Assembly (NCBI GenBank): GCA_029287875.1
Contig: JARFQH010000280.1
Location: forward strand, 1-50,727
Origin: Desulfobacteraceae bacterium
Lineage (GTDB): Bacteria; Desulfobacterota; Desulfobacteria; Desulfobacterales; SG8-13
Length of the DNA: 50,727 nucleotides
Direction of reading: 5' to 3'
This document shows positions 26,945 to 35,891 of this stretch, piece by piece; position 1 is the first letter of the stretch, and each line of letters begins with the position of its first letter. Made by a program: the position numbers and the translations under genes. The notes below the pieces were generated by a model. It worked only from the letters and a program-made list of their open reading frames with translations. It was not told where the DNA came from and ran no database searches.

Positions 26945-27991
26945 ATGACAAATATATCCAACACTTCGGCAAGCCGTGTCAGTGGTCTGAGTGACGGTAT
27001 GCGCGAGGCCCTGGGACAGTCCGAGGTCTTCCTGGCATTCCAGGAACGCCTTTCCCATGTCGCTGCGGTGAACCGGCCGGTCCTTTTGATCGGTGAGCGC
27101 GGTACCGGCAAGGAATTGGCGGCCTCTCGCCTGCACTACCTTTCGCGCCGCTGGCAGGGTCCACTCATTGCCCTGAATTGTGCTGCCCTTTCGGCGGCGC
27201 TGATCGAATCCGAGCTGTTCGGCTATGAGAAAGGGGCCTTTACGGGTGCCGCCCAGCGTCGGAGCGGACGCTTCGAAGCGGCCGACGGCGGCACGCTTTT
27301 CCTGGACGAAGTCGGAAACATTCCCCTGGAGGTGCAGGAGAAGATCCTGCGCGTGGTTGAATACGGCACATTCGAGAGAGTGGGCAGCACCGAGCTCATC
27401 GAAGCGGATGCCCGCATCATTGCCGCCACCAATGCGAATTTGCCGAATCTCGTTCGCACCGGCCGTTTCAAGCAGGATTTACTTGACAGGCTTTCTTTTG
27501 AAGTGCTGTTTTTGCCGCCGCTAAGAGACCGACGCGAAGATATTCTCCTTCTGGCCAATCATTTCGCGGCACGCATGTCTTTTGAATTGGGGCGGGAAGG
27601 TATCGTGCGTTTCAGCAGCAAGGCCGCCCGGGCTCTCGAAGAGTATTTTTGGCCGGGCAACATCCGCGAACTGAAAAACGTCGTCGAACGCGCTGTCTAC
27701 CGTTCGAACGCCTCTGTTGTGACCACAATAACTTTCGATCCCTTTGATAATCCATTCGAAACCCGGTCTGCCGATCCCTCACCGGCAGCTACACCAGACC
27801 AAGTTGCCGATGCCGTTCGGGCGCCAAAGCCAAAACCTTTCAAAAAGGCGATAATTGAATACGAGCGGCAACTCATAAAAGAGGCCTTGCAGGCAGCGCA
27901 GTTCAATCAAAAAAAAGCCGCCACAATGATGGGGTTGACCTATCATCAATTCCGCGGACTGTACCGGCGGCATCGTGCGCATCTTTCATAG
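26945..27991 (+). CDS. pspF: Sigma54 activator PspF
   Basis: [56 protein letters not shown]-terminal [13 protein letters not shown]; no N-terminal sensory domain. Confidence 0.95.
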   Translation: MTNISNTSASRVSGLSDGMREALGQSEVFLAFQERLSHVAAVNRPVLLIGERGTGKELAASRLHYLSRRWQGPLIALNCAALSAALIESELFGYEKGAFTGAAQRRSGRFEAADGGTLFLDEVGNIPLEVQEKILRVVEYGTFERVGSTELIEADARIIAATNANLPNLVRTGRFKQDLLDRLSFEVLFLPPLRDRREDILLLANHFAARMSFELGREGIVRFSSKAARALEEYFWPGNIRELKNVVERAVYRSNASVVTTITFDPFDNPFETRSADPSPAATPDQVADAVRAPKPKPFKKAIIEYERQLIKEALQAAQFNQKKAATMMGLTYHQFRGLYRRHRAHLS

Positions 27992-28246
27992 GTTCATGGG
28001 CATTTCGGTGCCAGGAGAAAAGAAAGTTTGAGGAAATCCCCTGGCAGGCCTCAAGATTATTTTTTACCGTCGGCGTTTCCATGATGGAGCCATTGCGAAC
28101 GTAACGAGGTTTTTTTGCGGGGCGAACGGATTGCACTGCGTCGTGAGAATGGGGCGGCGGCTGCTATCCGGCCGGCAAATGATCTGCCAGCGAAAGTCGG
28201 TATTTCGGTCGACTGCCGAATATCGACACGGGTAGAAAAAAGGTGA

Positions 28247-28552
28247 TTAGAAAATGTTGTTGACCAACGACTCTTTGAGCATGTTGGCGGCAATCTTGTC
28301 GGCCCGTATGTCGTATGTGCCGTTTTCGATCTGCTGCTTCAACACGGCGACTTTGTCTTCACGGATGTCGGGCAGGTCCGGTAGAGCTTTTTGGGCTTTT
28401 TGCAGGTCCCGAGCGCTCTGGGAGAGTTCGACACTGTCCTCGCCGATATTGGCCTGCCCCTTCTCACCCTCGGTTTCGGCCGCCTGAGTATTTTGTTGAA
28501 CCTGGCTGACATACGGGGTTATTTGAATCGGATTCTTTTCCGTGATTTCCAT
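28247..28552 (-). CDS. flgM: Anti-sigma28 factor FlgM
   Basis: DSVELSQSAR...PDIREDKVAVLKQQIENGTYDIRADKIAANML; AAGGAG RBS. Confidence 0.9.
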   Translation of the reverse strand: MEITEKNPIQITPYVSQVQQNTQAAETEGEKGQANIGEDSVELSQSARDLQKAQKALPDLPDIREDKVAVLKQQIENGTYDIRADKIAANMLKESLVNNIF

Positions 28553-28655
28553 TTCAGAACTCCTTTTTATCCGATCGGGTCGACCATCGGATCCGGTTGC
28601 CTAAAAATTAACTCCTCCGGGGTCGCACTGCGAGATTCACGACCGCCTGCATTTG

Positions 28656-28682
28656 TTATCGGTCGATTCCCCCAGGGCTTTA
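28656..28682 (-). promoter_or_regulatory. Sigma28 (FliA) promoter of flgM
   Basis: Minus strand TAAA-N15-ACCGATAA (consensus TAAA-N15-GCCGATAA). Confidence 0.8.
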
Positions 28683-28723
28683 GCGAATTTTTTAACAGAG
28701 GTTATTTTTTTTACGAAGACGGA

Positions 28724-29686
28724 TCAGTCTCGGCCGTCTTTTGTCTCCAGTCCACGGGAACCGAAGATCGGAACGTCTATCTTCAGGGCCGTGTGTCGTG
28801 CCTTGACGGTGTGGACCCGGTTGTCTTCCGTGATTTCGAAGGCTTCCAGATATTTTCGGGTCTCGAGTTCGCGCAGACCGCTCAGTACTTGGGTCCGAAG
28901 CCGGCCGGGTGCTTGCTGCGTGTCGAGATTGACTGAACGCGCCAGGCGGTGGAGATCGATCGAGAGCGTCTTTTCGTATTGGCCTTGGAAAAAACGGTAA
29001 AAGGCCTTGCTGACATCGCCTTTAAGTCCTGACCGAAAGCGCAGGTCGATGTTGGTCACAAAGCTCTCGGCGTACATTTCGATAAAATAGGGATTCACCG
29101 CAATCCGAACGATACCGCTCTCGCGGTCCAGGTCTCCGAAGCTGAGGATCGAACCGGTCATCTCCTTCAAGCAGCGCCGTTTTTTGCCACTGCCGCTTGT
29201 CAGCTCCAAGTCGATACGGGTTCCTGCCAGACGCTGAATGCTTCTCCAAATCGCCGTGAAGTTGGCCGCGGTGGGGGTAACGCCGGCGATACCACTCAGT
29301 TCAACCAGTGTTGATTCGAACGCCTCATTCTGGTAACGGCTCATCAGGCTCAGGAGACAGAAGAGCACGGTCTCGTCGAAGATTACCAGCAATTCGCCCA
29401 CCACCCGCATCCGTCCCCAGGCATTCACATCGCCTGAATCGAGCCGGACAAGCGGCCAGTCTTTCGATTTCGCTCGGTTCTTGAAGTGAAAGGGGGAGAC
29501 CCGGGTCAACATCGTCGGCATGAAACTGAAAAACCGTTGAACCGGCGGTTGGCGACTGAGGTGCCTGTCGACAAACAGGGCGGCCTCCCGGATCATTCGA
29601 CGGCCAATGAGCTGTTTGTCCACAAAAGAGAGAGTGCCGGTTGTTTTGTCAACCGGAGATAAAGGAGGATCCGGTGGCGTTTTCAT
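28724..29686 (-). CDS. TrfA-like (plasmid replication initiator-type winged-helix) protein
   Basis: Blocks FMPTMLTRVSPF, GELLVIFDETVLFCLL, ESTLVELSGIAG...IWRSIQRLAGTRI, IAVNPYFIEMYA...SKAFYRFFQGQ and RTQVLSGLRELETRKYL...DNRVH follow the order and pattern of IncP TrfA as recalled (not computed). Confidence 0.6.
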   Translation of the reverse strand: MKTPPDPPLSPVDKTTGTLSFVDKQLIGRRMIREAALFVDRHLSRQPPVQRFFSFMPTMLTRVSPFHFKNRAKSKDWPLVRLDSGDVNAWGRMRVVGELLVIFDETVLFCLLSLMSRYQNEAFESTLVELSGIAGVTPTAANFTAIWRSIQRLAGTRIDLELTSGSGKKRRCLKEMTGSILSFGDLDRESGIVRIAVNPYFIEMYAESFVTNIDLRFRSGLKGDVSKAFYRFFQGQYEKTLSIDLHRLARSVNLDTQQAPGRLRTQVLSGLRELETRKYLEAFEITEDNRVHTVKARHTALKIDVPIFGSRGLETKDGRD

Positions 29687-29722
29687 CGCGGGCCCCGTAC
29701 CATTTTGTTGATCATTTTAAGC

Positions 29723-29751
29723 ATCATAGAAGAAAATCGGTAGTGTGTCAA
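29723..29751 (-). promoter_or_regulatory. Near-consensus sigma70 promoter of the TrfA-like gene
   Basis: Minus strand TTGACA (29751-46), N17, TATGAT (29728-23). Confidence 0.75.
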
Positions 29752-29902
29752 ACTCGCGCCGTGTCCGCAAAATTTTTGATGAATGAATTATAAACTCCAA
29801 AATCCCAGGTTCTACCCAATCCTTCTTGTTGTTTGATTCAATCCCGCAAGGCGGGACTAATGCGCTCAAACAGTTGATCACTTAAGGGTCACGGTAAGAA
29901 AC

Positions 29903-30025
29903 AATTCCACACGATTGCGCCGGATTATGGTTTGTCTACAAGGCACATCCACCTGCGCATATCGAGATACGTGTGGGTGGATGTAACGCAGTAGACGGAC
30001 CATAAGACAAGCAAGAGGTGGAATT
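29903..30025 (+). repeat. 123-bp imperfect palindrome (REP/MITE-like element, copy 2, opposite orientation)
   Basis: AATTCCAC/GTGGAATT, TTATGGTTTGTCTAC/GTAGACGGACCATAA and ACATCCACCTGCGC/GTGTGGGTGGATGT stems with several G-U pairs on the plus strand. Internal loop AAGGC / AACGCA; followed by ATTTTTT. Confidence 0.8.
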
Positions 30026-30330
30026 ATTTTTTGCCGGGGCCCTAAAACCCGGTCACCCGGCTCCATGCACAGGTTCACTGAGAAAGGCTTCGGCTCTGCA
30101 GCCGTCGTCACCTGGATTTTTTTCCATGCCGTATTAGATTACAATACTAAGGTAGGTGCCTGCGCCCGGATAAATTTTATCGAGTTGCAGCTGCTTTTCT
30201 CAATCACTCATCCGGACTCCGGCGCGTCATTTTTATGCACCATGCCGGCCCATAGGGCCGTGAGCGTTTAACACCTGTATGGTATCTCGGCCAGTTGACC
30301 ATTAATAACTCTGACAGAAGGGAGTCTGCC

Positions 30331-31311
30331 ATGTCAAAAGCGATTGTTATCAATCAAACCGGTGGCCCTGAGGTGCTGCGGTGGGTCGATTATGACCCCG
30401 GACAGCCGGGCCCCGGTGAAGTTCGACTTCGCCATGAAGCAGTTGGGTTGAATTTCATCGATGTCTATCACCGCACCGGTCTTTATCCACTGCCTTCCCT
30501 GCCGGCCGTACCGGGCATGGAGGGCAGCGGTACGGTTGAGGCCGTGGGTGACGGCGTTACCGAAGTGGCTGAAGGTGACCGTGTGGCTTACGCCGGCCTG
30601 CCGCCAGGGGCTTATGCCCAGGTGCGCCGGATTCCGGCCGACCGATTGGTTAAACTCCCGGAGAGCATCATGACACGCCAAGCGGCCGCCATGATGCTGC
30701 AGGGGATGACAGCCCGCTATCTGCTGCGCGGTTGCTTTGACGTCAAAGCCGGAGATACCATTCTGATCCATGCGGCTGCAGGTGGCGTGGGATCAATCGT
30801 CTGCCAGTGGGCCAAGCACCTCGGCGCCACCGTGATCGGCACGGTCGGGTCGGAAGAGAAAGCGGCCAACGCCACCGAAAACGGTTGCGATTATCCGATT
30901 CTCTATACGAAAGAGGAGTTTGTCGCGCGCGTCAAGGAAATAACGGAAGGCAGGGGCGTCGACGTGGTCTATGACTCCGTGGGTCAGGCAACCTTCATGA
31001 AGTCGTTGGATTGCCTGCGGCCCTTGGGAACGATGGTAAGCTTCGGGCAGTCCTCCGGACCGGTCGCGCCGCTCGAGCTCGGCCTCTTGTCGGCCAAAGG
31101 GTCTTTGTTTCTGACCCGGCCGACATTGATGACCTACACCGCGAAACGGGAAGATCTCCTAGTCCATGCACGTGATCTCTTCGAGGTCGTCGAGAAGGGG
31201 GTTGTCAAGGTGGAGATTCGACAAACCTTTCCGTTGTCCGATGCGGCCCGTGCGCACCGTGACCTGGAAGGCCGTCGGACAACCGGATCGTCAATCTTGC
31301 TGCCGGAATAA
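30331..31311 (+). CDS. qor: NADPH:quinone oxidoreductase (zeta-crystallin/MDR family)
   Basis: GGPEVL, AVGLNFIDVYHRTGLY, HAAAGGVG, VVYDSVG, SFGQSSG, LFLTRP, AHRDLEGRRTTGS. ATG 30331 after AAGGGAG. Confidence 0.93.
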   Translation: MSKAIVINQTGGPEVLRWVDYDPGQPGPGEVRLRHEAVGLNFIDVYHRTGLYPLPSLPAVPGMEGSGTVEAVGDGVTEVAEGDRVAYAGLPPGAYAQVRRIPADRLVKLPESIMTRQAAAMMLQGMTARYLLRGCFDVKAGDTILIHAAAGGVGSIVCQWAKHLGATVIGTVGSEEKAANATENGCDYPILYTKEEFVARVKEITEGRGVDVVYDSVGQATFMKSLDCLRPLGTMVSFGQSSGPVAPLELGLLSAKGSLFLTRPTLMTYTAKREDLLVHARDLFEVVEKGVVKVEIRQTFPLSDAARAHRDLEGRRTTGSSILLPE

Positions 31312-31461
31312 ATGGGCCTCGTTCGCCGCGGGCAGACGAGGCCGGCACCGCGGCGGCGGTTGGAAACGAAAACACCCGTCGAGACGGCAGGTGCAGCCCG
31401 ACGACAACATCGGTTACCCCGGACGCAAGCTAATTTTTTCGTTCCGATTTTTTATACAGTT

Positions 31462-32517
31462 TTATTTGCGAACTACCGGCGGTTGCGAAACCTCCGCAGT
31501 GCCGGTCGCATCCATGGCAAAAAGAGAGTTGAGTGTCTGCAGCATGTGCAACGGATTGACGTTGACGCCATTGACCTTGACACCCCAATGCAGATGCGGC
31601 CCGCTGACACGCCCAGTGGCGCCGGCAAGCCCGATTACCTGGCCCTTTTCGACCAACCGGCCCGGGGTGACGTCGATGCGGCTCAGATGAGCGTAGGTGG
31701 TGAACAGCCCGCTGCCGTGGTCGAGAATAACAATGTTGCCCGAATAAAAAAGGTTTTTCGCCAGACCCACGATGCCGGTATTGGCAGCGTAAATCGGGGT
31801 TCCGGTTGCGGCCCTGAAGTCGACCCCGCCGTGGTAACTCTTCAACTTGCCGTTCAACAGACGTCGGGTTCCATATGGACTCGTCACCAATCCATTCAGG
31901 GGACGCCGAAACGGTTCGTCCCAGAGTCGCTGCGGACGGCTGGCGGCATAAACGGTTCTGACTTCTTCGCTTTCCCGCTTGATCCGTTCCACGTCCTTCG
32001 GCGCCGGGGTTACGCGGCTGGGGGTGACCTGCAATTTTTCCGATTTGAAGCGGCGACTCAAAATTTTCAGTGGTACCGTGAGCTCGTGGTTTCCTTTGCC
32101 GTCACGCCATCCCAGGCCAATGATTTCTGTTCCGGGATTGCTGTGATAAGGAATGGCAATGAACCCGATCAAAACGTCACGGTCTTTGCGCGGATGCTCA
32201 AAAAGCGGGATGAGAGTGTCGTGAAACCGGAGCTGGATGTCGCTTACCGGCTGCCGGATGGCGATTTCCATCACCGCAACATCACCCACGGCGGCGGCTT
32301 CAGGGATCAGCCGGAGAGCGAGAGCGAGGCCGTCTTCGGTGCCGACAGTTGCGGCGAAGACGGGTAATTTGCCCCAAACGACGATGGCCAAAAAACCGGC
32401 CAAAACAGGTGGAACAATTTTTCGTACCACCGCCCATAATCGATAAAATTTTAAATTTTGCAAAGCGGATAGATAAATCTTGTTCACAAAGAAGAGTCCA
32501 CTTTTTTTCCGGTTCAT
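31462..32517 (-). CDS. M23 family metallopeptidase
   Basis: HGGVDF (HxxxD), ILDHGSGLFTTYAHLS, TGRVSGPHLHW (HxH). ATGA overlap with the upstream DMT gene. Confidence 0.9.
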   Translation of the reverse strand: MNRKKSGLFFVNKIYLSALQNLKFYRLWAVVRKIVPPVLAGFLAIVVWGKLPVFAATVGTEDGLALALRLIPEAAAVGDVAVMEIAIRQPVSDIQLRFHDTLIPLFEHPRKDRDVLIGFIAIPYHSNPGTEIIGLGWRDGKGNHELTVPLKILSRRFKSEKLQVTPSRVTPAPKDVERIKRESEEVRTVYAASRPQRLWDEPFRRPLNGLVTSPYGTRRLLNGKLKSYHGGVDFRAATGTPIYAANTGIVGLAKNLFYSGNIVILDHGSGLFTTYAHLSRIDVTPGRLVEKGQVIGLAGATGRVSGPHLHWGVKVNGVNVNPLHMLQTLNSLFAMDATGTAEVSQPPVVRK

Positions 32518-33458
32518 GCTTTCGGTTCCTTGTTAAAAGGCGTGGTTTCCAAGGCGGATCGGTCGGTTGCGGTCGTCTTTAACCGCAGCCGGTTACCGGC
32601 TGTCGTCAAAACAATGCCGCAAAGAATCAATACGATGCCCGGAAGATGATACGCTTGCAACCGTTCACTCAGAAATATGAAGGCCAACGTGATGCTGAAA
32701 ACCGGCATGAGGTGGACGAATATGCCGGCTTTATTGGCCCCGACTGCAGCCACGGCCTTGTTCCAGAAAATGTACGCCAGGACCGACGCGAACAGGGCGA
32801 TATAGAGTACCGCACCAACCGTTCCCTTGTCGACCATAAAGCCGGCGCCACGGGTGATTTCCCAAAAATAAAACGGGCTCAAGAACAACAATCCGGCTGC
32901 GATGATAAATCCTAAAAAACCGATCGGATCCAGATGCGGGGGGCGTTTGCGAAGCAAAACCGAGTAAACGGCCCAACTGAGGGCTGCCGCCAGGGTCCAG
33001 AGGTCGCCCCGGGAAAACCGGATGCTGAACAGCAGCGCCGGCTCGCCGCGGGTGATGATCCAGATCAATCCCGCAAATGACAGCAGTCCACCGAGGCATT
33101 GCAAGACGGATATTTTTTCCCTGAATCCGACCCACGACACGAAAACGATAAAAACCGGTGTGAGTGAATTGATCAAGACGGTGTTGATGACGGTGTTGGA
33201 CTGCAGGGCCAGGTAAATGAAGGTGTTGAAATTTGTGACCGAAAGAATCGCAAGCAAAAACAATAGCTTACAGTGCCGCCGGATCAAGGCCCTTTGCCGC
33301 ATCATCGGCCGCAGGGCGAAAGGAAGCAGCAGTGCCAGGGCGACGGCCCAACGCCAAAATGCCAATGAAACCGGCGGGACAAGACCGTGTATCCCCCTTC
33401 CAATGACAAAGTTTCCCGACCAGAACAACACGGTCAATGTCAGCAGTACATAAGGCAT
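32514..33458 (-). CDS. DMT/EamA family transporter
   Basis: LFWSGNFVIGR, PPVSLAFWRW, GDLWTLAA, YIFWNKAVAAVGANKAGIFVHLMPVF, LSERL. Start uncertain (33458 or further upstream). Confidence 0.9.
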   Translation of the reverse strand: MPYVLLTLTVLFWSGNFVIGRGIHGLVPPVSLAFWRWAVALALLLPFALRPMMRQRALIRRHCKLLFLLAILSVTNFNTFIYLALQSNTVINTVLINSLTPVFIVFVSWVGFREKISVLQCLGGLLSFAGLIWIITRGEPALLFSIRFSRGDLWTLAAALSWAVYSVLLRKRPPHLDPIGFLGFIIAAGLLFLSPFYFWEITRGAGFMVDKGTVGAVLYIALFASVLAYIFWNKAVAAVGANKAGIFVHLMPVFSITLAFIFLSERLQAYHLPGIVLILCGIVLTTAGNRLRLKTTATDRSALETTPFNKEPKA

Positions 33459-33576
33459 GATGGCACTATTGATCTTATAATAGACATGGTTTACCCATTG
33501 TAAAACCGCTATTATTTCGGTTGCGTTGCGGACCAACCGCTTTTTCAGACCGCCCGTTTAGGAAAACAGAAAAAAA

Positions 33577-35109
33577 GTGCGGAAAACCAACGGACACGCT
33601 CAACCGTTCATCACACTGGACCGGGTTACGATTCGGGTCAGGGATAGACGCCTTTTCTCGGGAGCCAGTTGGGAAATCGCCACCGGCCAACACTGGGCGG
33701 TCATTGGACCCAACGGTGCCGGCAAGACATCCCTGGTCAGGGCCCTCGCCGGGCAGGTGCCGGTCGTCGATGGTAACATCAAATACCATGACCCTGGTCT
33801 GGTGCCGCCCGTCGTCGGTTATCTTTCGTTTGAATCCCACCAAAATCTGATCGCTCGAGAGGAGACCCGGGATGATTCCCGTTTTTTCAGCGGCGATTTC
33901 GACAGCTTTCTTTCCGTTCGGCATCTACTTCTGTCGGTAGTGCCGGCATCGGGTTTTCAGACACCGGCGCTCGATCGGGTCGGTGAGCGGCTGGAAATCG
34001 CCGGATTGCTCGACAGGCCCGTGCGCCGGCTTTCCACCGGTGAAATACGCCGGGTGCTCATGGCTCGCGAAATCCTCAAATCACCCCGCCTTCTCATCCT
34101 GGATGAACCTTTCGAAGGGTTGGATACACAGGGGCGCCGGCGAATAAAGGCCCTTATCAGGGCAACGATCGAAGGGCAGATCCCGGTTATTCTGGTCACC
34201 CATCGCCTGGCCGAGATTCCTTCCGCCGTGAGCCACATCCTGGCAGTCAAGAACGGTCGCATCGTGTATCAGGGGAGGCGCCCGGCGACTCTGAACCGAC
34301 AAGACCTGGAGCGCCTCTACGCACCCGGAAAACGGCGTGAGATTGCATTGCCGGTTCGCCCGCAGCCCAGGGTCTGCGGCCACAGGGCGGCCGGGCGGGT
34401 GCTGATCGACATGCAACAGGTGACGGTGCGTTACGGCAATGTGACGGTACTCGACAACCTGAACTGGACCGTAAGGACGGGTGAAAATTGGGCCATCGTC
34501 GGTCCGAACGGTTCGGGCAAAACGACTTTGCTGAGCCTGGTGGCCGGCGACAACCTCCAGGCTTACGCCAATTCAATCGAATTGTTTGGACGCCGTCGGG
34601 GTTCCGGTGAAACCATCTGGGACATCAAACAGCAGCTTGGCCTGGTCTCATCCGAGTTTCAAATTCGTTACCGCAAACCGCTTCGTGCCTTTGAGGTCGT
34701 TGTGTCGGGATTTTTCGATTCGGTTGGCCTTTACCGTCAGGCTTCGTGCCGTCAGTGTCGAATCGCTTTTGCATGGATGAAACAGCTGGGATGTGCCGAC
34801 AGGGCCAAACGGTTTTTTCAAAACCTATCGCAGGGAGAGCAGCGGTTGGTTTTGCTCGCGCGGGCCATGGTCAAATCGCCGCTGATGTTGATTCTGGATG
34901 AGCCGTGTCAGGGCCTGGACCGATTCGCCAGAAGTCGCCTCCTCGATCTTCTCGACCGGATGGGGCGTGAATCGGAGACGTGTCTGCTCTATGTGACCCA
35001 CTACCCAGCCGAGATTCCGGCGTGCACCACCCACGTTCTGCGCTTCGAGATGTCGACAACCGGGGGGTATCGGGCTCGTCAGGTAACCCTTAACAGCAAG
35101 CGGGTGTGA
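33577..35109 (+). CDS. modF: ModF-like ABC ATP-binding protein (two ATPase domains)
   Basis: GPNGAGKT, LSTGE, LDEP; then GPNGSGKT, GDNLQAYAN..LFGRRRGSGETIWDIK, LSQGEQR, LDEPCQGLD. Confidence 0.85.
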   Translation: MRKTNGHAQPFITLDRVTIRVRDRRLFSGASWEIATGQHWAVIGPNGAGKTSLVRALAGQVPVVDGNIKYHDPGLVPPVVGYLSFESHQNLIAREETRDDSRFFSGDFDSFLSVRHLLLSVVPASGFQTPALDRVGERLEIAGLLDRPVRRLSTGEIRRVLMAREILKSPRLLILDEPFEGLDTQGRRRIKALIRATIEGQIPVILVTHRLAEIPSAVSHILAVKNGRIVYQGRRPATLNRQDLERLYAPGKRREIALPVRPQPRVCGHRAAGRVLIDMQQVTVRYGNVTVLDNLNWTVRTGENWAIVGPNGSGKTTLLSLVAGDNLQAYANSIELFGRRRGSGETIWDIKQQLGLVSSEFQIRYRKPLRAFEVVVSGFFDSVGLYRQASCRQCRIAFAWMKQLGCADRAKRFFQNLSQGEQRLVLLARAMVKSPLMLILDEPCQGLDRFARSRLLDLLDRMGRESETCLLYVTHYPAEIPACTTHVLRFEMSTTGGYRARQVTLNSKRV

Positions 35110-35723
35110 TTCTTGGCCGGATCCTCGTCGATCATGCCGTTTTCCTCGATATCGGCCACAAAAGCCTTGACCAGGTCCGGACACAGCTCGTGGTTTGCCA
35201 TCCGGCGCAGGATGACAAACGCTTCGGCACAGGTCTTTCTTTTCTGATAGGGACGATCTGTGGTAATGGCGTCGAAACAATCGACGACGCTGATAATTCT
35301 GGCGCCCAGCGGAATATCATCGGACTTCAGGCCGAACGGATACCCCGACCCGTCCATCCGTTCGTGGTGGTAATGAATATAATCGAGCACGGGCAAAAGG
35401 CTATCGATTCCCTTCAGCAGGGATACCCCGATGTCGGGATGCCGACGGACTTCCGCCAACAACTCCCCTGCCAACTGGTCGGTTTGGTTGCTGAAGATGC
35501 GGTCGCTGAGGCCGATTTTGCCGATATCGTGCAGCAAACCGCCAATGCCGATGTTTCTGATTTCTTCCGAGGGCAGTCCCAACCGGTGTGCGAGCCGCAT
35601 GGCATAGAGCGCTACCCGCCGGGCATGTCCCTCGGTATATTGATCTTTTGTTTTGAGTGCGGAATTGATGGCACTTAATTTTTGAAAATCGGAAGCCAAC
35701 GCTTCCGGACAGGTGCTTTCCAT
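35079..35723 (-). CDS. Stand-alone HD-GYP domain protein (c-di-GMP phosphodiesterase family)
   Basis: KDQYTEGHARRV, LLHDIGKIG, HHERMDGSGYP, ARIISVVDCFDAITTDRPY. Confidence 0.92.
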   Translation of the reverse strand: MESTCPEALASDFQKLSAINSALKTKDQYTEGHARRVALYAMRLAHRLGLPSEEIRNIGIGGLLHDIGKIGLSDRIFSNQTDQLAGELLAEVRRHPDIGVSLLKGIDSLLPVLDYIHYHHERMDGSGYPFGLKSDDIPLGARIISVVDCFDAITTDRPYQKRKTCAEAFVILRRMANHELCPDLVKAFVADIEENGMIDEDPAKNHTRLLLRVT

Positions 35724-35891
35724 TTATTGTCGTTTATCCGTTTTATTATAGAGTTCAGTTGCCTGGCAGACGCTTGACAGTCTGGTTTTTCATTCCAGGC
35801 GCTTCAATTGTCACAAATCCATTTCTTCACGGTAAAGCCGTGCAGACGGCGGTGTAAATCAGTGGGTGTATAGAAAATGGCATACCGGATG

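Noticed and set aside
28553-28650. Multiple GGA motifs in the flgM leader as CsrA sites
   Set aside because: Only the RBS fits ANGGA well; the others are expected by chance.
29690-30330. oriV iterons, a retron msr-msd, 6S RNA or a riboswitch next to the TrfA-like gene
   Set aside because: No tandem 17-22-bp direct repeats were seen, no reverse transcriptase is in the window, and no diagnostic 6S or riboswitch motifs were recognised.
35079-35109. 31-bp convergent overlap of modF and the HD-GYP gene
   Set aside because: Short 3' overlaps are common and uninformative.
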